DNA from: Bacteroidia bacterium
GTDB lineage: Bacteria > Bacteroidota > Bacteroidia > Bacteroidales > UBA7960
Direction of reading: 5' to 3'
Assembly: GCA_007695305.1 (NCBI GenBank)
Contig: REEA01000108.1
Location: 1,030 to 65,029, forward strand
DNA: 64,000 bases
Of the stretch, positions 29,445-38,093 are shown in pieces. Positions within the stretch are counted from its first letter, which is position 1, and every line of letters starts with the position of its first letter. The notes under the pieces are model-generated. The model was not told the origin of the DNA, made no database searches, and saw only the letters and a list, made by a program, of their open reading frames with translations. The translations under genes and the position numbers were made by a program.

Positions 29445-30350
29445 CTATTGATTTTTTTCTGCAATTCTCAGTTTGGCACTTCTTGATCTTGGATTTTCCC
29501 TGAGCTCCTGTTCGCCGGGCGTAATCATTTTTGTAACCGGTTTGAAGGGGGCAATGAGGCGGCCAAAAAAGTCTTTCTCCTGTTTCCCCTCAAAATTTCC
29601 CGCTTTCATAAAGTTCTTCACGAGCCTGTCTTCCAGCGAGTGATATGAAATAACCACCAGGCGTCCACCGGTTTTTAAAACTTCATTGCTTTGTATTAAC
29701 AATGCTTTGAGAGCGTCCAGCTCCCCATTTACTTCTATCCGCAATGCCTGGAAAACACGGGCAAAAAACTTGTTTTCCCGGCCTGCAGGCACCATTGGTT
29801 TCAAAATGTCGATCAATTGCGACGTTGTCTCCAGCGGCCGTTGCTGCCGGTAAAGGACAACTGCTTCCGCCAACTTTTTTGCCTGCCTGATTTCGCCATA
29901 CAGAAAAAACACATTACTCAAGGATTCAGCATCGTATTTATTCAATATGTTTTTTGCCGTTTTCTCCGACGATTGGCTCATGCGCATGTCAAGCGGGCCT
30001 TCATAGCGCGAAGAAAAACCCCTTTCGGCCTCATTCAGCTGGTGAGAAGAAACACCAAGATCGGCAAGGATACCATCAACCGGTAAGTACCCATAGTACT
30101 TCAGGAAGTTTTTCATATACCTGAAGTTTTGATGCAGAAAGTGAATCCTTTCGTCATCAGGGACGTTGACGATGGCATCCTCATCCTGATCAAAAGCGAT
30201 CAACCTCCCTCCGGCAAGGTGCTTCAGGATAGACCTGCTGTGACCGCCCCCTCCAAAAGTTGCGTCCACGTAAACACCACCCTCCCTGATATCCAATCCG
30301 TCAATCGCTTCTTTCAGCAAAACAGGCTTATGGTAATCATGCATCATCAT
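29445..30350 (-). CDS. rsmH: 16S rRNA (cytosine1402-N4)-methyltransferase
   Basis: 301 aa. Motifs are HKPVLL, VDATFGGGGHS and SYHSLEDR. Confidence 0.95.
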   Translation of the reverse strand: MMMHDYHKPVLLKEAIDGLDIREGGVYVDATFGGGGHSRSILKHLAGGRLIAFDQDEDAIVNVPDDERIHFLHQNFRYMKNFLKYYGYLPVDGILADLGVSSHQLNEAERGFSSRYEGPLDMRMSQSSEKTAKNILNKYDAESLSNVFFLYGEIRQAKKLAEAVVLYRQQRPLETTSQLIDILKPMVPAGRENKFFARVFQALRIEVNGELDALKALLIQSNEVLKTGGRLVVISYHSLEDRLVKNFMKAGNFEGKQEKDFFGRLIAPFKPVTKMITPGEQELRENPRSRSAKLRIAEKNQ

Positions 30351-30810
30351 TTCCTGTACCTTTGTTTGCCCTTCCCATCACTTCTTCCGCGAGTTGAGAA
30401 AAATCTTCAGGTTCATTGGATATCATATGCGCATAGGCTTCCCTGGCCCATATTTCAATACGCTGTCCATAAGCATTAAGAACGATCTCTTTTTCAATGC
30501 CACCATAGGCTATAAGCGACTTTGGGAGCAATAACCGACCGGAGCTGTCCATCCTTAACTCTGTTGCACCCCGGAAAAAATACCGCACAAAATCCCTGTT
30601 TTTTTTGTTGTATAGATTTAATGTGTTTACTTCGCGTGAAATACGCATCCATTCGCTTTCAGGATACATTGTAAGGTTTTTCTCAAAACCCCTGTTTACC
30701 ACAAAGCGTTCCTGATCTCCCGGTGCCAGCTGTTTCTTCAATCCGGCCGGGAACATAAAACGTCCTTTGACATCAATCTTACATTCAAATTCACCAAGGA
30801 GGTGCGTCAT
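30337..30810 (-). CDS. mraZ: transcriptional regulator MraZ
   Basis: Two SpoVT/AbrB-like halves (KIDVKGRFMFP and MDSSGRLLLPK). The start is set to ATG 30810 (MTHLLGEFECK), giving ~157 aa. The ORF-track extension to 30879 runs through the operator repeats. Confidence 0.9.
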   Translation of the reverse strand: MTHLLGEFECKIDVKGRFMFPAGLKKQLAPGDQERFVVNRGFEKNLTMYPESEWMRISREVNTLNLYNKKNRDFVRYFFRGATELRMDSSGRLLLPKSLIAYGGIEKEIVLNAYGQRIEIWAREAYAHMISNEPEDFSQLAEEVMGRANKGTGNDDA

Positions 30811-30835
30811 CTTGCCACTGATTTGTTTTAAAGTG

Positions 30836-30843
30836 TAAATATA
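30836..30843 (-). promoter_or_regulatory. candidate -7 box (TATATTTA) of the dcw/mraZ promoter
   Basis: Near-match to TAnnTTTG on the minus strand, 26-33 nt upstream of the mraZ ATG and immediately downstream of the GTGGG repeats. Confidence 0.4.
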
Positions 30844-30854
30844 TGAATAAAATT

Positions 30855-30879
30855 CCCACTTTTCCCCACATTTTCCCAC
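30855..30879 (-). promoter_or_regulatory. MraZ operator: three direct GTGGG repeats with 10-bp spacing
   Basis: The minus strand reads TGTGGGAAAA-TGTGGGGAAAA-GTGGGAATTT. On the plus strand CCCAC starts at 30855, 30865 and 30875. Confidence 0.7.
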
Positions 30880-31116
30880 ATTGTTAATAACTTTTTTTTA
30901 ACACACCGGTCTTCCTGTATCGGAAATATATTATAATAACCTGTAATTAAGCAGTTTAAGAGGATTGCTTTGCGTTTAGGCAATTTTCGGTGGAGTTGAC
31001 GCTTAAAGTACTTTTTCCCAAATAATGATTTGACAGGGAAACCAAATTTTTTGTCTGCCAAAAGATTTTCAACATTCTTTGCCCAAATGCAGCGTTCAAT
31101 TATTTACTGTTTTTAT

Positions 31117-31124
31117 TACTTTTG
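31117..31124 (+). promoter_or_regulatory. candidate -7 promoter box (TACTTTTG) for the acyltransferase operon
   Basis: TAnnTTTG match ~95 nt upstream of the ATG at 31220. Confidence 0.35.
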
Positions 31125-31219
31125 TATGTTCGCACCGACTTATATTGGCATGGTGTCTATGATTTCAAGTTACCTGTTCGGGCATGTATTTGGACTCATT
31201 CCCTTATTGATAGATCATC

Positions 31220-32065
31220 ATGGATCAACATGATATACAACTGGTAGATGTTGAAAAGATTCTCCGGTCAAAAGCCGGTAAGTCCTATCGTTTCATTCCG
31301 CGGGTAGCGGTTTCCTATTTAAAGCGTTTGATTCATCAGGAGGAGGTCAATCAAGGATTGATTGAAATGAAGGATTTATTTGGTCTGGATTTTCTGGAAA
31401 ACGTTTTAATAGATCGTTTTGAGCTTGATATTCAGGTAGAAAATCCGGAAAACATTCCGGCTAAAGGCAGGTATATTGTTGCTGCAAATCATCCCCTGGG
31501 CGGACTTGACGGCATGGCTTTGATGCATGTGATAGGTAAGAAGCGAAAGGATATTAAATTCCTGGCCAACGATATACTGCTGGAGTTGCGCAACCTTCGT
31601 GAAATGTTTCTGCCTGTCAATAAGCATGGTCGCAACAGTGCAGAATATATACGCATGATACATGAGGAGTTCGCATCCGATCAAATGATTCTTATATTTC
31701 CTGCAGGTTTAGTTTCCAGGCTTACAGGCAAAGAGATACGCGATCTGGAATGGAAAAAAACATTCATAAACAAAGCTGTTCAATACCAGAGGGACGTAAT
31801 TCCTGTGTACATTGAGGGGAAAAATTCGAAATTTTTCTATAATTTAGCCCGTTGGCGGAAAAGGCTGGGTTTGAAATTTAACCTGGAAATGCTCTATCTG
31901 CCCAACGAAATGTTTAAACAAAAAAAACAAAAGATCCGCATCATCTTTGGGAAAGCGATACCTTACACAACCTTTACCAAGGAACTCACGCGCCAGGAAT
32001 GGGCGCAGAAAATGAAAGAACATGTTTATGGTTTGCCTGAAGGTAAGCTTACGATCAATGCTTAA
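31220..32065 (+). CDS. PlsC/lysophospholipid acyltransferase-family protein (GlsA-like O-acyltransferase)
   Basis: 281 aa. The acyltransferase block is VAANHPLGGLDG, with FPAG further downstream. It is immediately followed by an OlsB-like N-acyltransferase gene. Confidence 0.7.
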   Translation: MDQHDIQLVDVEKILRSKAGKSYRFIPRVAVSYLKRLIHQEEVNQGLIEMKDLFGLDFLENVLIDRFELDIQVENPENIPAKGRYIVAANHPLGGLDGMALMHVIGKKRKDIKFLANDILLELRNLREMFLPVNKHGRNSAEYIRMIHEEFASDQMILIFPAGLVSRLTGKEIRDLEWKKTFINKAVQYQRDVIPVYIEGKNSKFFYNLARWRKRLGLKFNLEMLYLPNEMFKQKKQKIRIIFGKAIPYTTFTKELTRQEWAQKMKEHVYGLPEGKLTINA

Positions 32066-32076
32066 TACCTATTTTA

Positions 32077-33030
32077 ATGACAAAGGCAAAGATGCAAAAG
32101 GAAATTATTCCACCAGTTGACAGGTCTTTAATAAAGGACGAACTGAACAGCACCACCTTTTTAAGGAAAACAAATAATGCGGGTAACGAAATATATATTG
32201 TTACTGCAAATAATGCCCCAAACACGGTCAGGGAAATTGGTCGTCTGCGAGAGTTATCTTTCCGTTCGGCGGGTGGCGGAACGGGTAAGGATATGGATTT
32301 GGATCATTATGATTTTGCGGAAGTGCCATACAATCAGTTGATTGTTTGGGATCCGGTTGCAGCGGAAATCGTTGGCGGGTATCGCTATATGTGTTGCTGG
32401 GAGGTTCCGAAACAAGAAGACGGTACACCACTGGTGGCCACGGCTGCGCTTTTCCATTTCTCCCCGAAATTCCTTGATGAATTTCTGCCATATACCATAG
32501 AGCTGGGGCGTTCTTTTGTGCAGCCCGACTATCAACCCTCCAGAGACAACAGAAAAAGCATTTACTCTCTGGATAACCTGTGGGATGGCCTCGGCGGATT
32601 GGTGGTAGACCATGCCAGGTTGAAATACTTCGTTGGCAAGGTTACCATGTTCAAAGACTTTGACCCCTATGCCAGGGATCTGATACTGTATTTTATGCAG
32701 CGTTTTTTTCCCGACAAGGAAAATCTGATCAGACCTCATCAACCGCTTGCCATTCATACACCCTTTGAACAACTGGAGAAGGAGTTTGTACCCGGTTCGT
32801 TTGAGGAAAATTATCGCATACTTTCACAAAAAGTAAGGGAACGCAAGGAAAATATCCCACCTTTATTCAATTCTTACATGGGGCTTAGCCCCACTATGAA
32901 AACATTTGGCACAGCATTAAATGAAGGGTTTGGGGGTGTTGAAGAAACGGGCATCATGGTAACAGTGCAGGATATTTACGATTCAAAATCAAAACGACAC
33001 GTCAGTACTTATAAAAAAGTTCCCAAATAA
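32077..33030 (+). CDS. GNAT/OlsB-like N-acyltransferase (GlsB-like, 'hemolysin-like')
   Basis: 317 aa. The region VREIGRLRELSFRSAGGGTGK...D.D.YD is characteristic of ornithine/glycine-lipid N-acyltransferases. It starts 12 nt downstream of the PlsC-like gene. Confidence 0.65.
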   Translation: MTKAKMQKEIIPPVDRSLIKDELNSTTFLRKTNNAGNEIYIVTANNAPNTVREIGRLRELSFRSAGGGTGKDMDLDHYDFAEVPYNQLIVWDPVAAEIVGGYRYMCCWEVPKQEDGTPLVATAALFHFSPKFLDEFLPYTIELGRSFVQPDYQPSRDNRKSIYSLDNLWDGLGGLVVDHARLKYFVGKVTMFKDFDPYARDLILYFMQRFFPDKENLIRPHQPLAIHTPFEQLEKEFVPGSFEENYRILSQKVRERKENIPPLFNSYMGLSPTMKTFGTALNEGFGGVEETGIMVTVQDIYDSKSKRHVSTYKKVPK

Positions 33031-33132
33031 GGCAAAAAAGGCAATCTACAAACCTATTGGTGCTGGCCGACGAGAAATGTGTCCCTTCCCGTCGGGGCTG
33101 CCAATGTGACTTCCTCAATTACAACAATAATT

Positions 33133-33738
33133 ATGGTTATAAAGTCGGCAGAATTTATTAAAAGTGCCACAAGCTACCAGGATTGCCCCGGGGCTCCATT
33201 TCCCGAATATGCTTTTTTAGGCCGTTCCAATGTTGGCAAATCTTCCCTGATCAATATGCTCACCGGTTATGGAAAATTGGCCAAGACTTCCTCAGCACCG
33301 GGGAAGACCCAGCTTATCAATCACTTTCTGATTAATGATTCATGGTACCTGTGTGATTTGCCGGGATACGGTTTTGCCAAGGTTCCGGTAAACATCAAAA
33401 AGAAATGGGAGCAAATGATCAGAAAGTATATGCTTAACAGGCCAAACCTTGTGTGCTCCTTTATCCTGATCGATGTAAGGCACGGGCCCATGAAAAACGA
33501 TCTGCTTTTTTTGGAGTGGGTGGGAGAAAACGGTTTGCCCTTCACCATACTCTATACAAAAGTCGACAAATTATCACGGCACCAGCTTGGTAAAAACATT
33601 CTGGAGTTTGAAAAAGTCTTTGCCAAACAATGGGATCCGATTCCGCCTTTCATTATCACCAGCACAGCCAATGGCACCGGCAGGGAAGAGATATTGAAAA
33701 ATATATCAAAATGGAACAAGGAATTCGTGCACCCCTGA
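33133..33738 (+). CDS. engB: ribosome-biogenesis GTPase YihA/EngB
   Basis: Motifs are G1 GRSNVGKSS, G3 DLPGYG and G4 TKVDK. The start is set to ATG 33133 (MVIKSAEFIKS). Confidence 0.9.
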   Translation: MVIKSAEFIKSATSYQDCPGAPFPEYAFLGRSNVGKSSLINMLTGYGKLAKTSSAPGKTQLINHFLINDSWYLCDLPGYGFAKVPVNIKKKWEQMIRKYMLNRPNLVCSFILIDVRHGPMKNDLLFLEWVGENGLPFTILYTKVDKLSRHQLGKNILEFEKVFAKQWDPIPPFIITSTANGTGREEILKNISKWNKEFVHP

Positions 33739-33842
33739 TTGATCTTCACAAAAAACAGACATCATGCCGCGCAGGAATATGGGAAATCCGCGGTTCAGAC
33801 CTTGGAAAAGGATGGAAACCAGGTTGAAACATCAACTGCTTC

Positions 33843-34856
33843 TTATCGACCCGGGCGATATCTCGCACCGGTCAGAATTTTCCGGGCGTCCGTTTCTTTT
33901 ATCAGCTCCTGTAAAGTGATCTCAGGGTTGCGGCGCATATAGTCCCTTACGATCTGCCATCCGATCCAGACCCCCGTTTGCGGCGCTGATTGCCTCGAGA
34001 ACGCGCTCGTAAAAGGAGCCTTGCCTAAAAATAACTGAATGGTGGCTTGATCGGTTGAGTATAACAACTCATTGTCAAGTTTGTAAGCCCAAACGAAGCC
34101 TTCATTGCCACTGATCCATTCCAGCTGGGAACCGGTATAACTGATCTTTAATGAATCATGTATGCGGGGCAACATGCAGTCAATGAAAAATTGCTTTTTC
34201 CCTGCATGGATCATATGGTCCAACAAGGTTCTCGGCTCAGGCGAAACAGCTTCCAGATGCTTGTCGGCGAGTGCGCGCACCACATCAGCCGGTAACATTT
34301 CAGGAAACATCCAGCGTGAAAGGTACCTGGGTATCTTTAATTGGTCATAATAAATATAATCAGCACCCAGATATTTATCCAAAGCCATAACCAGATGGCC
34401 GTCGGCGTAAATTACCGGTGGGTTGTAATCAACACCTGATATATAGGTATAGATCCGGGGTATTGCTTCATCGGCGAAATGATATTTGTAAAACCGGAAA
34501 ACACGGTTCAGGCTGCTCCGGAGCTCCGACAAATCAGACCAAATATCTTTGCTGTCCAGGTAAAGTTCAATAAGGAATGGGTCTGTCACGTAATTATATA
34601 GCTGTTGTTGCCCTTCCGGCTCATGGATGCCTTCCCCAAGAAAAAAGTAGAATTCATCATGATAGGGAATAAGTTCTTCTTTGATAATGAAGGGGTTCAG
34701 GTTAAACAATACCTCTTCATAACGACTTATGCGAACATCATCAATATCAATGTCAGATATGTCTGCTTCGTAAAAAGGTCTTTTGTCTTTTTGTGAACAA
34801 GATGGTATCAGCATCAAGATCAGCAGTAACACAGAAAAAAAATGTATCCTTTTCAT
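33843..34856 (-). CDS. lipoprotein, possibly gliding-motility GldB family
   Basis: 337 aa with lipobox MLIPSC. Size, lipoprotein signal, the N-terminal I..I.R(Y/F)..(L/F)F pattern and adjacency to nadE resemble flavobacterial GldB. The family call is made from memory only. Confidence 0.45.
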   Translation of the reverse strand: MKRIHFFSVLLLILMLIPSCSQKDKRPFYEADISDIDIDDVRISRYEEVLFNLNPFIIKEELIPYHDEFYFFLGEGIHEPEGQQQLYNYVTDPFLIELYLDSKDIWSDLSELRSSLNRVFRFYKYHFADEAIPRIYTYISGVDYNPPVIYADGHLVMALDKYLGADYIYYDQLKIPRYLSRWMFPEMLPADVVRALADKHLEAVSPEPRTLLDHMIHAGKKQFFIDCMLPRIHDSLKISYTGSQLEWISGNEGFVWAYKLDNELLYSTDQATIQLFLGKAPFTSAFSRQSAPQTGVWIGWQIVRDYMRRNPEITLQELIKETDARKILTGARYRPGR

Positions 34857-34983
34857 TGTTTAGGTGATGATTATTGAATTCTTTGTGTATCTTTGGGTAA
34901 TTGACCGGGTTTAAATAATCCGGTTCCAAACAAAGATTTAAATAGTTTTTATATTGTACAAACGTTAACCTGAGTTTTAAATT

Positions 34984-35676
34984 ATGAAAAAGACCGCTGC
35001 TTTTCTCGTTCTCTTATTTCTTTCGGCTCCTTTGTTGGCTGATAACGATTTTGGCTTTCGGTTCGGACTGAAGGCTTCTCCAAACATCTCATGGTTTAGG
35101 ACTGAAACCCGGGGATACCATAACAGTGGTGCCGATCTGGGGTTTTCTTATGGCCTGATCGTGGATTATGAATTTGCTGAATATTATGCTCTGACGACCG
35201 GTTTAAATATTCTTCGAACCGGTGGAACCCTAAAATACAACTATCTAATACCTGACGGAACCTTTGAGGGAGAGATGACAGAAAAGAGAAGGGATCATAG
35301 ACTCAGGTATGTTGAGATTCCGATGGCTCTGAAGCTGAGCACTTCTGAAATGGGTTACATCACTTATTACGGCCAGTTTGGCCTGGGACTCGGATTCAGA
35401 ATCCATGCGCGTGGCAACGACAGGGTTCCATTACCTGACGGTTCTTCGTTGCGGACAAGTGATGTGGATATATCTGACAATACAAGGTTTCTGAGTGCAG
35501 CACTGATCATTGGAGCCGGCGTTGAGTATAATTTGGGTGGCCGCACCTCTATGCTTGGGGGGCTGACCTTTAAAAACGGCTTTTCCAATGTGCTGGATAC
35601 GAGAAATCCTGCCGTGGCAACACGGCCAAGTGCACTAAACAACCACATCGAAATTACACTTGGTGTGATGTTTTAA
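34984..35676 (+). CDS. outer-membrane beta-barrel (porin/PorT-like family) protein
   Basis: 230 aa. It has a signal peptide, alternating-hydrophobicity strands and a C-terminal aromatic residue (...ITLGVMF). Confidence 0.65.
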   Translation: MKKTAAFLVLLFLSAPLLADNDFGFRFGLKASPNISWFRTETRGYHNSGADLGFSYGLIVDYEFAEYYALTTGLNILRTGGTLKYNYLIPDGTFEGEMTEKRRDHRLRYVEIPMALKLSTSEMGYITYYGQFGLGLGFRIHARGNDRVPLPDGSSLRTSDVDISDNTRFLSAALIIGAGVEYNLGGRTSMLGGLTFKNGFSNVLDTRNPAVATRPSALNNHIEITLGVMF

Positions 35677-35730
35677 TTTTTCCGGCCTACGGGGAAACGA
35701 TTCATAACCTAACCAACCTTGCTGTAAATA

Positions 35731-37392
35731 ATGCGCATAGCCCTTGCCCAGCTGAATCTTCATGTTGGTAATTTTGACCATAATATGCGGCGTATGCTGG
35801 ATGCTTTATCCGGTGCAAAGCGATCAGGAGCAGATCTGGTGCTGTTCCCCGAATTGTCTGTTTGCGGATATCCCGCCAGGGACCTTCTGTTGTCCGAATC
35901 GTTTATTAACCGTTGTTTGCAAACAATAGATCATATCGCCGGGCATTGTAACGGCATCGCTGCCGTTGTGGGTGGTCCGGCACGCAACACAGATAAACCC
36001 GGAAAAAGCCTGTATAATTCTGCCTTTTTATTGTTCGGCGGAAAAGTACAGTTTGTATACAATAAAGGTTTGTTGCCAACCTATGATGTCTTTAATGAAT
36101 ACAGATACTTTGAACCTGCTGCATCTTTTCAAACCTTTGATTTTGGAGGGCAACGACTTGCCCTGACTGTTTGTGAGGATATCTGGAACATCGGCGAACA
36201 GCAAATGTACCCGGTCAATCCTCCGGATATTTTGTATGGGCAAAACCCTTCCGTGATCTTGAATATTTCCGCATCACCTTTCGCCTGGAACCATAATACG
36301 GAGCGGATGAAAATATTGTCAGCCACCGCTCGAAAGTACCGTTTGCCTTTATTCTCAGTTAATCTTGTAGGTGGTCAAACCGACCTCTTGTTCGACGGTG
36401 GGTCAGCTGTATTCAACAGCCGTGGAGAAATGACAGACAGTTTGCCTCAGTTTACTGAAGATCTGCGTGTGTATGATCTGCATCAGGTGGAGACGGCACC
36501 CGCTAAGCCGATACCGGCCATTCCCGGTAGCAAAGCGAAATGCCGGCTGATCATGAATGCAATCGTGATGGGAATCCGCGATTATTTCAGGAAAACCGGT
36601 ATCAAAAAGGCCATTGTTGGACTGTCGGGAGGTATTGACTCTGCTGTTACGCTTGCATTGGCCGTTGAAGCGCTTGGAAAAGAGAATGTCTGGGCCGTTT
36701 TGCTCCCGGGACCTTACAGCTCTGACCACTCTGTAACGGATGCACAAAAACTGGCCGAAACCTTACAGGTGCGTTATGACGTCATCTCCATCAATGACAC
36801 GATACAAAGTCTGGAAAAAAGTTTACACAAGCATTTCCAAAACACAGGCAGTGGCATTGCAGAAGAAAATATTCAGGCACGTGCAAGGGCTATTATCCTG
36901 ATGGCACTTTCCAATAAGTTTGGCCATTTGTTGCTAAATACTTCAAACAAAAGTGAAGCAGCAGTAGGTTACAGTACTTTGTATGGCGACATGTGCGGCG
37001 GATTATCGGTATTGGGTGATGTCTATAAAACCGATGTTTACGGGATCGCGCGGCTTATCAATGAGCATAGCGAGGTTATCCCTGTGAATACCTTGCATAA
37101 ACCTCCATCAGCCGAGTTAAAACCAAACCAAAAAGACAGTGATTCGTTACCGGCGTATGATATCCTGGATCCCATCCTCTTTTGTTTCCTGGATGAGCAG
37201 AAAGATGCAGCAACGATCATCAGCGAGGGACATGATGCATCAATCGTCAAAAAAACATTGTCGCTAATTTGTGGCAGTGAATATAAAAGATACCAAACAC
37301 CGCCTATACTCCGCGTTTCACCCAAGTGTTTAGGAGTGGGACGGGAAATGCCCCTGGAAGCCGATTACCGGGTAGTATATGGTGACAACTAA
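35731..37392 (+). CDS. nadE: glutamine-dependent NAD+ synthetase
   Basis: 553 aa. The N-terminal CN-hydrolase domain has FPEL and catalytic LTVCEDIW. The C-terminal synthetase domain has the PP-loop GLSGGIDS. Confidence 0.95.
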   Translation: MRIALAQLNLHVGNFDHNMRRMLDALSGAKRSGADLVLFPELSVCGYPARDLLLSESFINRCLQTIDHIAGHCNGIAAVVGGPARNTDKPGKSLYNSAFLLFGGKVQFVYNKGLLPTYDVFNEYRYFEPAASFQTFDFGGQRLALTVCEDIWNIGEQQMYPVNPPDILYGQNPSVILNISASPFAWNHNTERMKILSATARKYRLPLFSVNLVGGQTDLLFDGGSAVFNSRGEMTDSLPQFTEDLRVYDLHQVETAPAKPIPAIPGSKAKCRLIMNAIVMGIRDYFRKTGIKKAIVGLSGGIDSAVTLALAVEALGKENVWAVLLPGPYSSDHSVTDAQKLAETLQVRYDVISINDTIQSLEKSLHKHFQNTGSGIAEENIQARARAIILMALSNKFGHLLLNTSNKSEAAVGYSTLYGDMCGGLSVLGDVYKTDVYGIARLINEHSEVIPVNTLHKPPSAELKPNQKDSDSLPAYDILDPILFCFLDEQKDAATIISEGHDASIVKKTLSLICGSEYKRYQTPPILRVSPKCLGVGREMPLEADYRVVYGDN

Positions 37393-37430
37393 ATCAGCAG
37401 ACTGTCACCGGAATAGAGAGCTTAAAGAGA

Positions 37431-37673
37431 TCAGTTGATCGATTCCACTGCTTTGATTTCAGGAATCGCTTTTTTTACGGCTTGCTCCACACCGGCTTTC
37501 AGTGTCATCTGACTCATGGGGCATGAACCACAAGCACCCAATAGTTCAACGTTTACGATGTTATCTTCGGTCAATTCAACAAAACGGATATTGCCGCCGT
37601 CAGCTTCCAGGTATGGTCTTATCTGGTCAATGACGTTTTCTATCTTTTTGATTAATTCTGCGTTCTGAGACAT
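37431..37673 (-). CDS. NifU-like (Nfu) Fe-S cluster domain protein
   Basis: 80 aa. Motifs are DGGNIRFVEL and the CxxC motif GACGSCPMS. Confidence 0.85.
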   Translation of the reverse strand: MSQNAELIKKIENVIDQIRPYLEADGGNIRFVELTEDNIVNVELLGACGSCPMSQMTLKAGVEQAVKKAIPEIKAVESIN

Positions 37674-37760
37674 ATCAATGGTGATTTGAAAAATTATTTT
37701 AATTTAGTTTTTGTAAAAATAATACTTTTTTCACATACGGCAATAAAAAAAACATTTTGC

Positions 37761-38093
37761 TTATGAGCCCGGATCCCAAAAAACCTCGGAGAAGTTCTGA
37801 ACCTGATCGTTTTTAATCATAATGCCTTCATTTTCAAGCAGCTGTTGCATCATTCCAGGGCTGCCAAAATGATGTTTTCCGGTCAGTACGCCAATCCTGT
37901 TTACCACCCTGTGTGCCGGCAGTGAGGGATCGGCTTTGTGGGAATTGTTCATGGCCCAACCCACCATACGGCTTGCCCCTTTGCTGCCCAGGTAAGCGGC
38001 AATGGCTCCATAGGTGCTTACCCTTCCCCTTGGGATCATTTCAACGACAGCATATACCTTTTCAAAAAATGATATTTCGTCATGGGTTTTCAT
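37761..38093 (-). CDS. alkyltransferase-like (ATL) protein; MGMT DNA-binding domain without the acceptor cysteine
   Basis: 110 aa. It has the IPRGRVSTYGAIA helix-turn-helix region. The active-site position reads PAHRVVN where MGMT has PCHRV. Confidence 0.8.
   Translation of the reverse strand: MKTHDEISFFEKVYAVVEMIPRGRVSTYGAIAAYLGSKGASRMVGWAMNNSHKADPSLPAHRVVNRIGVLTGKHHFGSPGMMQQLLENEGIMIKNDQVQNFSEVFWDPGS

Noticed and set aside
16108-30810. Absence of murF (and ddl) from the dcw cluster as an anomaly.
   Set aside because: As far as I recall, the order ftsI-murE-mraY-murD-ftsW-murG-murC-ftsQ-ftsA-ftsZ without murF is the normal Bacteroidota arrangement, for example in Porphyromonas and Bacteroides. 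Only the murD truncation is unusual.
30811-30879. N-terminal extensions in the ORF track. These are mraZ to 30879, peroxiredoxin to 50342, GH16 from 48534, pssA from 54339, xerC from 58666, secE from 61753, engB from 33079 and ftsI to 29117.
   Set aside because: The extensions translate intergenic or promoter sequence, repeats or a tRNA. They add non-homologous residues ahead of a Met that aligns with the family N-terminus, so starts were moved to those internal codons.
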